Part shown: piece by piece, positions 1-11,513 of the stretch
How positions within the stretch are numbered: position 1 is the stretch's first letter
Layout of the letters: every line of letters begins with the position of its first letter
NCBI GenBank assembly: GCA_026770705.1
Contig: JANJGN010000003.1
Span: 230,640,001 to 230,704,000, forward strand
DNA length: 64,000 bases
Origin: Isurus oxyrinchus
Taxonomy: Eukaryota
Direction: 5' to 3'
Position numbers and translations under genes: made by a program
Notes under the pieces: generated by a model
What the model was told of the DNA's origin: nothing
Databases searched by the model: none
Seen by the model: the letters and a program-made list of their open reading frames with translations, nothing else

Positions 1-652
1 TCTTGAGAGGCAGCCAAAAGCTGGGTCCAAGAAGGCGTCTATCATGGAGGATCTTGAGAGTGAGGTCAAGAAATGGACAGGTTTAGGGAGAGAATTTAAC
101 TACTCGAGTTTGACATTCTGCCATCGTTTGGTGGGTCTTTGCTGGTCAGTTTATCAAGTCGATTCAAGTTCTGATCTATCCTGGCTTGGAATTCCTTTTC
201 TGCCAGGTGAATAAATTCTGGCTCTGCCTTCCCTAGTCTCCCCACGTGGACCTGAACCTCATAGACCTGCTTATTGTTGGTGTGGGTAGAGCTCAGGGCC
301 CAAGCAGTTGAAGACATGACCACCACTGGTGGTGTGGATGGAGGAGAGGCCAGATTTGGAGGAAGGGGTGGTTTGAGGGAGTGTTTATTCATTTCTCAAT
401 TCCTGAAGCAAGTGGGAGGAGTCTAGAACTGTGGGTATCATTTCAGATTAAGGAATCACCCATTTATGATGGAACTGAGGAAGAATTTCTTCTCTGAGAG
501 GATCATTAACAAGGGGAGAAGTTGGTATAGTGGTAATATCACTGGACTCTAGAGGCCCTGGGTTCAAGGGTTTAAATCTCACCACAGTAGCTGGTGGAAT
601 TTAAATTCAATTAATAAATATGGAATATAAAGCTAGTCTCAGAAATGGCGAG

Positions 653-1342
653 CGTTGAAGTGGGGTAACACTTCATAAGATTTATATTAGGACATGTATT
701 AATAGTTGTACAATAGACAAATGTAGTTATGAGAGCTCTTTCTAAGCATGATGGGAAATATAACCAACACATAGGCATGATGGATATATAGCCAGCACTG
801 CAGGAACCCGACTAACTATCACAAGACATAAAACTTAATGACCTTCACAGGATGGGTAAACAAATGTTAGGGCAATAAGAGCACAGAATGGGAGGTATTA
901 GATGCAAAACATTTCCTAGTCTCCCAGTGAAGTAACAGAGGACACCTGCAGCCTGAATAATTCTGCTCATTAGGTATGTTATTGGAGGTTGTACTAGGCA
1001 GTATAGTGAAATGTGATAACTAAAAGATTTAAATATGCTACGCAGCCTTTGTATCAGAGAGACACCCTGTAGAATCTGAACAAAAATAAAAATACCTGGA
1101 AAAACTCAGCAGGTCTGACAGCATCTGCGGAGAGGAACACAGTTAACGTTTTGAGTCTGTATGAGTCTTCAACAGAACTAAGGAAAAATAGAAAAGAGGT
1201 GAAATATAAGCTGGTTTAAGGTGGGGTGGGACCAGTAGAGCTGGATAGAGGGCTAGTGAAGAATCAGGCTGTGTCCCCCCAACAAATGCTTGTAAATAAA
1301 GTCCTTTGTTACTCGAAGCTTACAGAATCGAGAGTGTTAACA
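653..1342 (+). mobile_element. LTR-like insertion (possible ERV solo LTR)
   Basis: Interrupts the SINE; begins (c)GTTGAA, ends TTAACA, with AATAAA near the 3' end. No clean TSD. Confidence 0.45.
1077..1259 (-). mobile_element. Neptune-like Penelope 3' end fragment
   Basis: Matches 10107-10290; flanked by agaatc duplication (1071-1076, 1260-1265); hammerhead core mutated. Confidence 0.8.
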
Positions 1343-1877
1343 GCATGAAACTATCATCGATTGTTGTAAAAACCCATCTGGTTCACTAATGTCCTTTAAG
1401 GAAGGGAATCTGCCGTCCTTACCTGGTCTGGCCTAATGTGACTCCAAGTCCGCAGCAATGGGGTTGACTCTTAACTGCCCTCCAAAATGGCCTAGCGACC
1501 CATTTAGTTCAAGGGCAATTAGGGATGGGCAACAAAAGCTGACCTTGTCTGTGACACCCACATCCCATTAAAGAATAAAGAAAAAATAATCTTTGAATTC
1601 TCTATCCCAGAAGCAGTGGAGGCTGAATCAATGAATATATTCAAGGCTGAGTTAGACAGGTTCATGAACTATAGGAGAGTCAAGGGTTATGGGGAAACAG
1701 GCAAGAAAGTGGAGTCAAGACCAAGATCAGATCAGCCATGATCATGGCAGAGCAGGCTCGAGGGGCTGTATGGCTGACTCCTACTCATAATTATGTGTTC
1801 TTACTGTGTCTCCATTGTGCCAGTAAGAATTGTTGTTGGAGTTTGAGATGATACAATATTTATTATTAATAAATAAA

Positions 1878-2305
1878 CACGAACAGAAAATGCCAGAAAC
1901 ATGCAGCAGGCCAGGGACCATCTGTGACTTTTCATCAGAACTGGAAGAAGTTGGAGATGTAACAGGTTTTAAGGAAGTACAGGGGCGGGGAAAGGGGGTG
2001 GGGAGAAGGGAAGGAAGGAAAGAATGAAAGGGAAAGTCTATGATAGGGTGGAAGGCAGGAGAGATTAAATGACAAAAGGGTTGATGCTGCAAGGCAAAAG
2101 AGGGTGGTGATGGGGTAGGTCACAAAACAAAAGATGGGTGTGAATAGCAACAGCAAAAACCATTATTAGCATCTGCTTTCCAAGAAATAGGAGTAGTGGC
2201 TATGATCTGAAATTATTGAAATGAATATTGGCACCGACTCAAAAGATGAGACATTGTTCTTCGAGATTGTGCTAAGCATCACTGGAACATGAGGACAGAG
2301 GGCAA
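1878..2305 (-). mobile_element. Older Neptune-like Penelope 3' fragment
   Basis: Diverged similarity to 10107-10700, including the ORF end (tgatctgaaattattgaa vs tgatctgaagttgttgaa). Confidence 0.65.
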
Positions 2306-2659
2306 CCTTTACTAAACTGTGATTGTAACCTTTGCTTATGAGGAACCTCATTAAGTAGAGAAAACTAAAGTTAGCTTATGTTGTGTGGCTTTTTCGTTCC
2401 TTGCGCAAATGCCCCTGGTGGGGGAAGCGGAGTCCATGAGGGAGGAGGGTTGGGGGGAGAGGGGAGCACCTCCACCTGTTGCACTTGTGACCTGCATCCC
2501 TGCTTCTACTAGTGGGATGCAAAGGGTCGTTTGGCCGATGGTCATGGAGATATTCCAATGCCCCCAGCACTCTGAACGAAGATGTTTAAAAGGATCCCTG
2601 AAATGGAAGAAAACTGGACGGGAATAAGATACAGCAACTTCATTTTTGTATGAATGGAT

Positions 2660-2665
2660 TTTATT
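2660..2665 (-). terminator. Candidate polyadenylation signal (AATAAA) for CLEC3B
   Basis: AATAAA on the minus strand about 580 nt after the stop, followed by U/GU-rich sequence. Use of this site is not demonstrated. Confidence 0.5.
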
Positions 2666-3245
2666 TCTGGACAGAACAGTAGCATGCATAGTGTGTTTAC
2701 AACCGTGCACTGCAAGGAAACTGGACTAGCCTCAAAGCCAAGCAAGCCGTGAACTCCTGAGTTTACAAACATTCCACACCGAGGGCAGCATTGAGGACTG
2801 TATGTGTGCTGGAGCATCAAAGTGCACTGGCATTGAGAGGTGGGAGGGCCATTCAAGGGAGGCCCTTCCCACCCTCCCCACCCCACACCCGCCCCCCTAC
2901 TCCGCTCAGATCCTGATCTCCGCCACACTACACACTGAGGCACCAGGTGGACCCCCTTCCCCAGGGAAACACAAGGGACAGGGGTGGGGGTTCCATCGGG
3001 CTGCATCCAGCGGTAGCTGCGTGCGTGATTGGCACAGATGGCATCACAGGATCAAGCTCCCTACTCTTCTCTATCTTCTCCAAAAATCCTGATGGAAGAT
3101 CCAGAATAGATACAACCTGAGGGAGTTGAAAGTCGATGATAATCTGCACCACTCACAAGATATCTTCTCTGAAACAGTAACTCATTAAGCATCAGTAGCA
3201 TAACTAAACCAGTCAGGCTATACTTGAGGAGAAACACCAAAATGC

Positions 3246-3646
3246 TTAAGGAATATTAAATTGACAAAAGTAATTCTTCTGAAGCCTACAGGACTCGTCA
3301 AACCATTTGCCAATGGACAGACCCGACAGCGCCACACAGTTGGCCTTTGTACCACCATCGGGCTGCTTGGTAATTTCCATCTCCCAGTTGGTGTAGTTGG
3401 CGCTCTTGCTGGTTACGTCCATCCATACTCCCTCAACCTCGATGTCGGTCACACCGACCCAGATGTTATGGTCCTCTCCCAAGGTCGTCCTGGCGTAGTC
3501 GTACAGAGCGTCATTCTCGTCGTGGTTGTGGGGCGTGCTGAGAGTGCCCCCATGCAAGATGCAGTCGTCAGCCGCCTCGTGGAAGCTCTTCTGTCCAGCC
3601 ATCAGCAGGAAGCACTTCTTGTAAACTTTCATACCTCTCAGGCACA
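3246..3646 (-). CDS. CLEC3B: Tetranectin coding exon 3: C-type lectin domain and stop codon
   Basis: Acceptor ccag|TG; VCLRGMKVYKKCFL...IWVG...QPDGG..NC...GKWFD..C....YFCQFNIP*. Joined CDS is 609 bp = 202 aa, the same length as human tetranectin. Position next to EXOSC7 favours CLEC3B over CLEC3A. Confidence 0.95.
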
Positions 3647-5968
3647 CTGGACAGGGAATATAGGGGTTGGAATGAGTTACTGATACTGCAGCGACACAGT
3701 TCCCAACACTTAACGTGACTTGAGTTAATTTGGACGGAGGGCTTGTTTTGTTTGCGACCCACCAATAGCAAACCTATATATATTGTGCCATGTCTAGTTG
3801 CCTTAAGGTCATTGAAAGTCAAACCCATCATGCGAGACCAACTTTAGGTGGCAGCTTCCTTTCCCTGAAGGACTTTCATCAACTAACTGAGTTTTTACAA
3901 TAGTCTGGCACATGTTATTAATTACTTTTCTGCTGCCACCTCAGGAGTTATTAGATTTATTGAATTCAGTTTTATTACTTGCCACCATGAAGTTTGAGTT
4001 CAAGTTGCTGCCACACTACCACAGCCACCAGGTTACCACATCCAACGACAGAGTCAGAAGAGATCTCACTGAAACATGTAAGCTTCTAAAGGGGGCCTGA
4101 CAGAGTAAATACTGAGAGGATGTTTCCCTTCGTGGGGGAATATAGAACAAGGGGACACAGTTTCAGAATAAGAGGGTCTTCCATTTAAGACGAAGATGAG
4201 GGGGATTTCCTTCTCTCAGAGGGTCATTAGTCTTTGGAATTCTCTTCCCCAGCGAGCAGTGGAGGCTGGATCATTGAATATGTTCAAGGCTGAGTTAGAC
4301 AGATTCTTGATTTGACAAGGAAGTCAAAGGTGACGGAGATAGGCAGGAAAGTGGAATTAAGATCAGCTATGATCTTATTGACCAGTGGAGCAAAGTTGAG
4401 GGACTGAATGGCCTACTCCTGCTCATTTCTTCTGTTCTTATGTAAAAATCCAATTGGATATTTCAGACTGTAAAGAATGGATTCTCCTCTGAGTTGGAAC
4501 ACTGGGAGATTTCTTTTTCGTGAGGTTCAGATCATGGGACAGCCTGGTAAAACCTGACTGAACTGAAAGCAATATCGACTGAAGAGAAGAACATCTTTGT
4601 TCATCTTTCAGTAAATGATCTCTCCTGTCTTCCTCCTCAACTGAAGGTGTTGGCCCCTTCAGGAATACAGTTCTCTGAGTGCTGGACTTTCTTATACTTC
4701 ATCCAAGTGGCCATTCTTGTTCTGTGCCAACCCAGCCGTCGATGCCCTGATTTTAAAATGGGGGAAGAGGGGTGGGGTGTTGTGAGTGAAACCTGAAGCA
4801 GTGATTAGGGGAGTGCCAGTGGTGGGGGCTGGTGGAAACCCAGATATGTGGAGGCCTGGCCTCATCTCCATAAACTCCCCCAGAGAGACCTGCCTGAACC
4901 CAGTTATGTCCTTTCTGCAGTACTGAGGGTGCAGTTCAGGAGGAATTTGTTGAGCGGAAACAGCAGCCGGGGACCCGTGGGAACAGTCACTGGCAGTTGG
5001 TTGGGTGGGTAGTAAGGTGGAGGGGGGAAGGGGCACCAGAGGTTATTGTGGGAAAGCCTTGGGCAATGTAGGCCCCAGGCTTCCATGTCAGGCCTGTACC
5101 AGAAGAGCACATTTTGACCACCAAGAATATCCAAATCAATGTTCCTCAACCCACTAGCCCCACATTCACATTTTCCAGTGCCTCCCCTTACAAGAATACT
5201 CTTGAAGGGGCAGGTAGAGGTCTCCAATCCTACATGACCAGCTGGCAAACACAGAAGCATGTTGTCCCAGCCATGATCTATCCAGCTGACTCCCATCAAG
5301 CTTCTACTAGGAACAAAAACAGAAAATGCTGGAAAACACTCAGCAAGTCTGGCAGCATCTGTGGAGGGAGCAACAAAGATAATGGCCCAGATCTTCTAGT
5401 CTCCCAATGGTCAGAGACCAGACGTACCCCAGAGGATGTGCTATGCGACCTCTTGGAAGTTCCAACACAAGTACTCTGTGAGAATTGCCCGGGAAGTTTC
5501 AACTTCCAATGGGCAAGCCCCCTGCATCCAGAACAAGTCTCCAACTCTGAGTTAGAGTCGGAGATTTTGGATGGTTCCGACTCGCTTACCTCTCTTCCTA
5601 GATAGTTATTCAGGAAATGTTAGATTGAAACAAAAACTCTATCTAACTCCTGGGTAATTATAAAACTGACCACCCCCCTAACTGTCCGCTGAGCACCTCC
5701 CCACCGCTGACCCTCTGACTCCACCTCTACCCTCTGAGAACCCTGACCCTCCGGCCCAACCGACTTTCTGACTCCCCCGCCAACCCTCCAACACCCACCC
5801 CGATAACTCCAACTCCCCAATGGGAGGATATCCTTTCTTACGTAAGGAGGCCAAAGCTGTCCACAGTACTCCAGGTGTGGTCTCACCAATGCCCCCATAC
5901 AGTTGTAGCAAGGCTTCCCGACGTTTATATTCCATCCACCCCCCCACCCCCCACCACCCCCCCATTAC

Positions 5969-6067
5969 CTGTGTGCAGTGCCTGGTTCTCCTTCAGTAGG
6001 CTCACCTCCTCCAAGATGTGAGCAATCTGCTTCTTGATGTCTTCAATCATATTTAGTGTCACCACCG
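5969..6067 (-). CDS. CLEC3B: Tetranectin coding exon 2: trimerising coiled coil
   Basis: Acceptor tttgttcag|, (A)VVTLNMIEDIKKQIAHILEEVSLLKENQALHT, donor G|gtaat. 99 bp, phase 1-1. Matches human ..EVALLKEQQALQT. Confidence 0.95.
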
Positions 6068-6204
6068 CTGAACAAAGGTGAAGAAAATGAAGTGAGTGGT
6101 CAGGCCTCGAAACGCTGAGTATGAATAAAATCAGTCTAAAAGTGATGACAAAACCAGCCAGGGAGATCAAGGAATTGTTCACCCACAAAATACAACTAAT
6201 ACCA

Positions 6205-6345
6205 ATTTGGTAGTACAGAAGTTAAGCACTGCTAAAAAAAAAGAGACATGCTGTCGATGTTGCTCCCTCTAAAATTTGGCATTCTTGCATCTGTCCTGAT
6301 GAGTACAAGACGAAAAACTTCGACAGCATGTCTCTTGTTTTCAGT
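6205..6345. mobile_element. Tiny Penelope relic (family of 41250-42625): 3' end plus inverted pseudo-LTR piece
   Basis: Perfect 17-bp inverted repeat at 6241-6257 / 6320-6336; sequence aligns by eye with 42545-42625. Confidence 0.75.
6291..6326 (+). ncRNA. Minimal type I hammerhead ribozyme motif
   Basis: ctgtc-CTGATGA-gtacaagac-GAAA-aacttc-gacag: stem I ctgtc/gacag, both core boxes intact, UUC cleavage triplet. Stem III palindrome AAGCTT appears mutated to AAACTT. Confidence 0.65.
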
Positions 6346-8690
6346 AATAGTGCCAATTGATTGCTCTCAATATTCCTTGGAGAGAAACCTTGTGGCCCAG
6401 AGACTCCACTTTAAGGCAAAACCAATGCAAAAGGCCACAGAATTTCAAGCACAAATTGTGTTCAATGTAACGCCCATTGCGCGTGTTTTAAAAAATATCA
6501 TGCTGCAAGACAGCCCCGCCCCCTAAAAATGCCACGTCACCCCCAGCATGAATCAACCACCAGGACAGGTTCCTGCTATTTCCACTCACTCATTGTGGGC
6601 CCACAAGTCGGCTCCAAAAATTGAGCTGGTTCCTTTAAGCACAAAGACACTAACAGACACATTTTAAAAGCTTTTGAATATATATATTTTTTTTAACTTA
6701 AATTGACTAAGAAACTGAGCACACCAATCTAACTAGTCAGTGGTTCTGAATAATTTATTTTATTCAGTTATTTAAAATTGGGGTTACTCACAGATGGTGG
6801 GCTTGACATGCTGATTAATATGCTTAATTTTTTTACATTTTGATCTGCATTAATCAAAATTTACCAAGTTACCACTCTTAAGTATATATATATATTTTAA
6901 AATTACCATCTAAGATGCTGACCGATTGTGCTGGTGAGCAGCAGATTTTGCATTTGGCGATATACAGATGAGTTTAAAAGGAAAGGCGCTACATAAATGC
7001 AAGCCTTTCTTGTTGAAGGTTCTTACATGTCCTCCTGGAGAGTTTTGCGTAGGAGCCATGCAGCATTGTCATTATATCTCTTGGAGTTTCAATATTGAGG
7101 CAAACACATACAAAGGAAGAACCATTTGAAAGTATTCTGAAAATAATATTGGTCAGTGACTGGTCCTTTATTGAGGCTGCCTCGGTTTTACCCCTGACGC
7201 GTGACATTTCTTACTCGGGTGAGGCTGAGTCAGGGGAGGGGATGTCCGGCAATGTGACCTGGAGATCTGGAATCATTTCTCTTTGGGTGTGCCAACCAGC
7301 CATCAGTTAATTCCTCCTCCCTTCCTTCTGCCCATAAAATGACACATGGTCCTGGTGTCCCAGCCCCACAGCTGCCCTCCCCCAGTCCCTTCCCAAAATT
7401 TGCATCCCTGACTCGCTGCACGTCCCTCTGATGAATGCTAGCAGCTATTTGACTCTGGTGGGCATCGCAATTCTGTCCCTGCGCTTCCACAGCCGGGTGT
7501 GGTGGGGGGTGGGGGGGGGGGGGGCGGGCAGGTGAAGCTGGTTGTTGCCTTTCCCCATTACCACCACAGCGGAGGTCCACATAGACCCAGGGCTCGCTCC
7601 ATTGACCCCGAAGGTCTGTGCGGCCCTGTACTGTGCAACAGATTGGCAACAGATCACCACCACACTCCACTCTTCCTTGGAATGAATATCCACTCAGTGA
7701 CATTGTGTGTAGCACATAAATGCAACCAATGAGAGCTTGTATTGTGCTGATTAACTCCACAAAAACCCAGAGACATGAGCACATCGATCAAGGCTGACAC
7801 TCCAGTGCATTGCTGAGGGAGCACTGCACTGTCGGAGGTACAATTTTTCAGAAGAGAAGTTGAACCGAAGTCCCATCGCAGGGTCATGAGGACTTGAAAC
7901 GTCAACTCTTTTCTTCTCCGCCGATGCTGCCAGACCTGCTGAGTTTTGCCAGGTAATTCTGTTTTTGTTCTAAGTCAATGGATCCTGTTATAATCTCTTT
8001 TCTGCTATAGGTTCACTTATCCTTTCCTTGAAGTGTTCTATCTGTTTCATGGAGATTATATAAATTCATAATTGAGAACAAGTGATAGCATGATTACTAA
8101 TAATAAAAATGCAGTTCAGAGTGGCATGACCACAACCAGTACACATGTTAGTACAGTTTACAGATCAGATGAACATATTTGTCTGTAACGTATAGAGAGA
8201 CAAGAGAACTTTAAGCACAGGAGATCCTTCCACTGCCAATGAATTCCTATATAAATGTCCTGGTTTCATGAACAAACAGGTAGAGATGTGAAATTTTATC
8301 ACACGGTCCTTTGACAAGCATTTTCTGCATCAGTTTCAATTCTATTAAATCCCACATTTATTTCTCTACTCTCCCTCCTGTCCTGAAAATAATTGCTCCA
8401 CAGCCCCCTCTTCCCCCTCCTCAACTAGTCCCCTACTGAAGCTCGCATCTCTCACTTGCTGCGAGTCCCTGCGGTGAATGACTGCAGCTATTTGACTCTG
8501 GTGGGCATCGCAATTCTGTCCCTGGGCTGAAGTCAGCTGTTGCCTTTCTTGTTATTGCCTCAGCGGAGGTCAGCACAGACCCAGGGCTTGAGTCTGTCGA
8601 CCTCTGTGTGGGTCAGTAACTGTAACCAAGGCTGGGCAATGGAGGGAGCCTACACCTGCTCTAAGCAAAAGGACTAGATCACCGATGTAC

Positions 8691-8799
8691 CTTTCTTTAG
8701 GGCCGCATTCTTCCTTGGCTTGGTATTGGGTGACTGCTCATGGGTCGTCTGCAGGAGATACAGAACCAAGAGCACGAGGGAGGTTCCTCTCAGCTGCAT
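8691..8799 (-). CDS. CLEC3B: Tetranectin (C-type lectin domain family 3 member B), coding exon 1: signal peptide and basic N-terminus
   Basis: Minus strand reads accATG, MQLRGTSLVLLVLYLLQTTHEQSPNTKPRKNAALKK, then G|gtacat donor. 109 bp, phase 1. Resembles human MELWGAYLLLCLFSLLTQVTTEPPTQKPKKIVNAKK. Confidence 0.9.
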
Positions 8800-9210
8800 G
8801 GTGTTCAAAGCAAGTGGAAGGACTGGGAGCAGTTCTACCCTGATTTATCTGAGAAACTGCAAAAAAAAAACCACACAGTAATCAAAACCTGATGGCCAGC
8901 TAACCCATCCAAAGAGAAATGATTCCAGGTCTCCAGTTCACACAGCTGGCTGCCAGGCACACCCTCCCCAGATGTATCCCCACCTGCATCGGAAACGTCT
9001 CACATTAGTTACCATCTGTCCATAATCATCTCTAAATTAAAAACAAACTACTGGATAGGACTGCACCATCAGCAGCTGGCCAACGATCCCAGTCCAAGCG
9101 CACATTTGGGATGTTTCACAGGGAATGTCAATGTTTGGTTCAGTTCAGTGGTGGAAAGGAAGCAGGAGATACAGAGGCAAAACCTGCAAAGTGAGATGAG
9201 GTTGGAGGAC

Positions 9211-9341
9211 AGGGGTGGGGGTGGGGGTTGGGGGCCGGGAGGGGGGGGTGGGGGTGTGGGGGGGAATTGGGGGCCGGGGGGTGGGGTGGTGGTGTTGTGG
9301 GGGCGGGCGCTGTTGTGGGTGCGGGTGCAGCATGGGGGGGG
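9211..9341 (+). repeat. G-run low-complexity tract about 410-540 bp upstream of the CLEC3B ATG
   Basis: More than ten runs of 4 or more G in 130 bp. Confidence 0.85.
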
Positions 9342-10106
9342 TCTCAGACAATCGAGGACATAAAGTCTGAGGGGCAGATCTACTGAATCCAACTCGCGTA
9401 ACAGCAAGCTGCAAATCTGAATCTAAAAAAGGGGTCAATAAACTGGAGGGGCTCATTAAAGTGTAAGAGGGGCAAAGAAATGATTAGTGAAGGTCCTGTG
9501 AGTGATCGGGGTCTTAGAAGTGTCAAGATCCAGTGATAGACAACAAGGTCAGGGGGGATGGTTGAGGTGGATATGAATTAACTTGTAGCCATTATTTCTG
9601 AGGGAGCAGAACTGTACTGAGAAGTTGGGCAATCAGATGGAGGCAGGGAAGGAGTGATAAAATGCTACATAAATGCAAGTCTTTCTTTTCTAGGAACATA
9701 TAGAATGAGTAGACCATTCAGTCCCTCAAACCTGTTCTACCAGTTTTCAGTGAGATCAGGGTTGATCTAGGGACATAGGAGCAGGAGTAGGCCATTCAGC
9801 CCTTCGAGCCTGCTCCACCATTCAATTAGATCATGGCTGATCTGGTTTTGGTCTCAGTTCTGCTTTCTTGTCTGCCTCCCAAAACCCTTGGCTCCCTGGT
9901 CTATCAAAGAGCTGTCTAACTCTGCCTTGATTAAATTTAACGACCCAGCCTCCAATGCTTTCTGGAGAAGAGAATTCCAGGTAGTCCTCATCCCTGTCTT
10001 GAAAGGGGGACTTTTTATTCTTAAATTGTGTCCCCTCATTCTAATCTCCTCCACAAGTGGAAATATCCTCCCGGTATCCACTCCATCATGTCCCCTCAGG
10101 CTCTTA

Positions 10107-11513
10107 AACAAAAACAGAAATTGCTGGAAAAACTCAGCAGGTCTGACAGCATCTGTGGAGAGAGAGACAGAGTTAATGTTTCGGGTCCGTCTGACTCTTC
10201 ATCAGAACTAAAGAGAAGTAGAAATGTGGTGAAATATAAGCTGTTTAAAGGGGGTGGGACTGATGAAGCTGGATTGAAGGCCAGTGATGGGTGGAGGCAA
10301 AGGACAGATTGCAGAAGATGTCATAGACAAAAGGTCGAAGGGGTGTTGATGGTGGTGATACTGGCTAAAGGAGGTGCTAATGGTGACAGGGGTGGGGGGA
10401 GGGGACAGTGTGGGAGAAAAGATCAAAATAGACTAAAAGGTGGGGATAAAACAATGAATGGAAATAAATTTTTAAAATAATAATAGTAATAGGTGGGAAT
10501 ATATATATATAAAAATTAAAAAATAAATATTTGAAAAAAGGGGATCAAAAAGGGGTGATGATGGAGGAGAGAGTTCATGATCTGAAGTTGTTGAACTCAA
10601 TATTCAGTCCGGAAGGCTGTAAAGTGCCTAGTCGGAAGATGAGGTGCTGTTCCTCCAGTTTGCGTTGAGCTTCACTGGAACAATGCAGCAGGCCAAGGAT
10701 GGACATGTGGACATGAGAGCAGGATGGTGTGTTGAAATGGCAAGCGACAGGGAAGTCTGGGTAACACTTGCGGACAGACCGAAGGTGTTCTGCAAAGCGG
10801 TCGCCCAGTCTGCGTTTGGTCTCTCCAATGTAGAGGAAACCGCATTGGGAGCAGTGAATGCAGTAGACTAAATTGAGGGAAATGCAAGTGAAATGCTGCT
10901 TCACTTGAAAGGAGTGTTTGGGCCCTTGGACGGTGAGGAGGGGGGAAGTAAAGGGGCAGGTGTTGCACCTTCTGCAGTTGCATGGGAAGGTGCCGTGGGA
11001 GGGGGTTGAGGTGTAGGGGGTGGTGGAGGAGTGGACCAGGATGTCCCGGAGGGAACGATCCCTGCAGAATGCTGGCAGGGAAGATGAAGGGAAAATGTGT
11101 TTGGTGGTGGCATCATGCTGGAGTTGGCAGAAATGGCGGAGGATGATCCTTTGAATGCGGAGGCTGGTGGGGTGAAAAATGAGGACAAGGAGGACCCTAT
11201 CATTTTTCTGGGAGGGAGAGGAAGGTGTGAGGGCAGAGGCAGGGGAGATGGGTCGGACACAGTTGAGGGTCCTGTCAACCATCATGGGTGGGAAATCTCG
11301 ATTAAGGAAGAAGGAGGACATGTCAGAAGCACTGTTTTCGAAAGTGGCATCATCAGAACAGATGCGACGGAGGCGAAGGAACTGAGAGAATGGGATGGAG
11401 TCCTTACAGGAAGTGGGGTGTGAGGAGCTGTAGTCGAGGCAGCTGTGGGAGTCGGTGGGTTTGTAATGGATATTGGTGGACAGTCTATCACCAGAAATTG
11501 AGACAGGGAGATC
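10107..11513 (-). mobile_element. Penelope-like retroelement (Neptune-like), 5'-truncated: RT thumb, Cys linker, GIY-YIG endonuclease and 3' region with hammerhead motif
   Basis: ORF ..STNIHYKPTDSHSCLDYSSSHP..KDSIPFSQFLRLRRICS..CNCRRCNTC..NLVYCIHCSQCGFLYIGETKRRLGDRFAEH... Target duplication tcccctcagg(c/a)tctta at 10091-10106 and 11514-11529, inside a CR1. Confidence 0.9.
10171..10209 (-). ncRNA. Minimal type I hammerhead ribozyme motif in the Neptune-like 3' region
   Basis: Minus strand reads agtt-CTGATGA-agagtc-agac-ggaccc-GAAA-catt-aact. Other copies show GAAACGTC (7896) or AAAACGTT (1145-1152), implying consensus GAAACGTY. Confidence 0.6.

Larger units (their letters stand above)
510..1587 (+). 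mobile_element. tRNA-derived SINE split by an LTR-like insertion
   Basis: Head at 510-652 and tail at 1343-1587 match the SINE at 43050-43297 / 44985-45120. The tail ..aagggcaattagggatgggcaacaaa..cccacatccc is shared with LINE 3' ends. Confidence 0.75.

Noticed and set aside
96-392. 98-aa ORF as an exon of the expected neighbour CDCP1 or another gene
   Set aside because: No recognisable similarity, wrong strand for the human tail-to-tail arrangement, and flanked by LINE fragments.
3261-3683. 140-aa plus-strand ORF
   Set aside because: Antisense shadow of CLEC3B exon 3.
4692-5605. Cluster of 80-160 aa ORFs in CLEC3B intron 2
   Set aside because: No recognisable domains, one crosses a Penelope tail fragment (~5310-5375), and there is no consistent splice pattern.
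9069-9456. Pro-, Gly- and His-rich ORFs
   Set aside because: Artefacts of translating the G/C-run tract.
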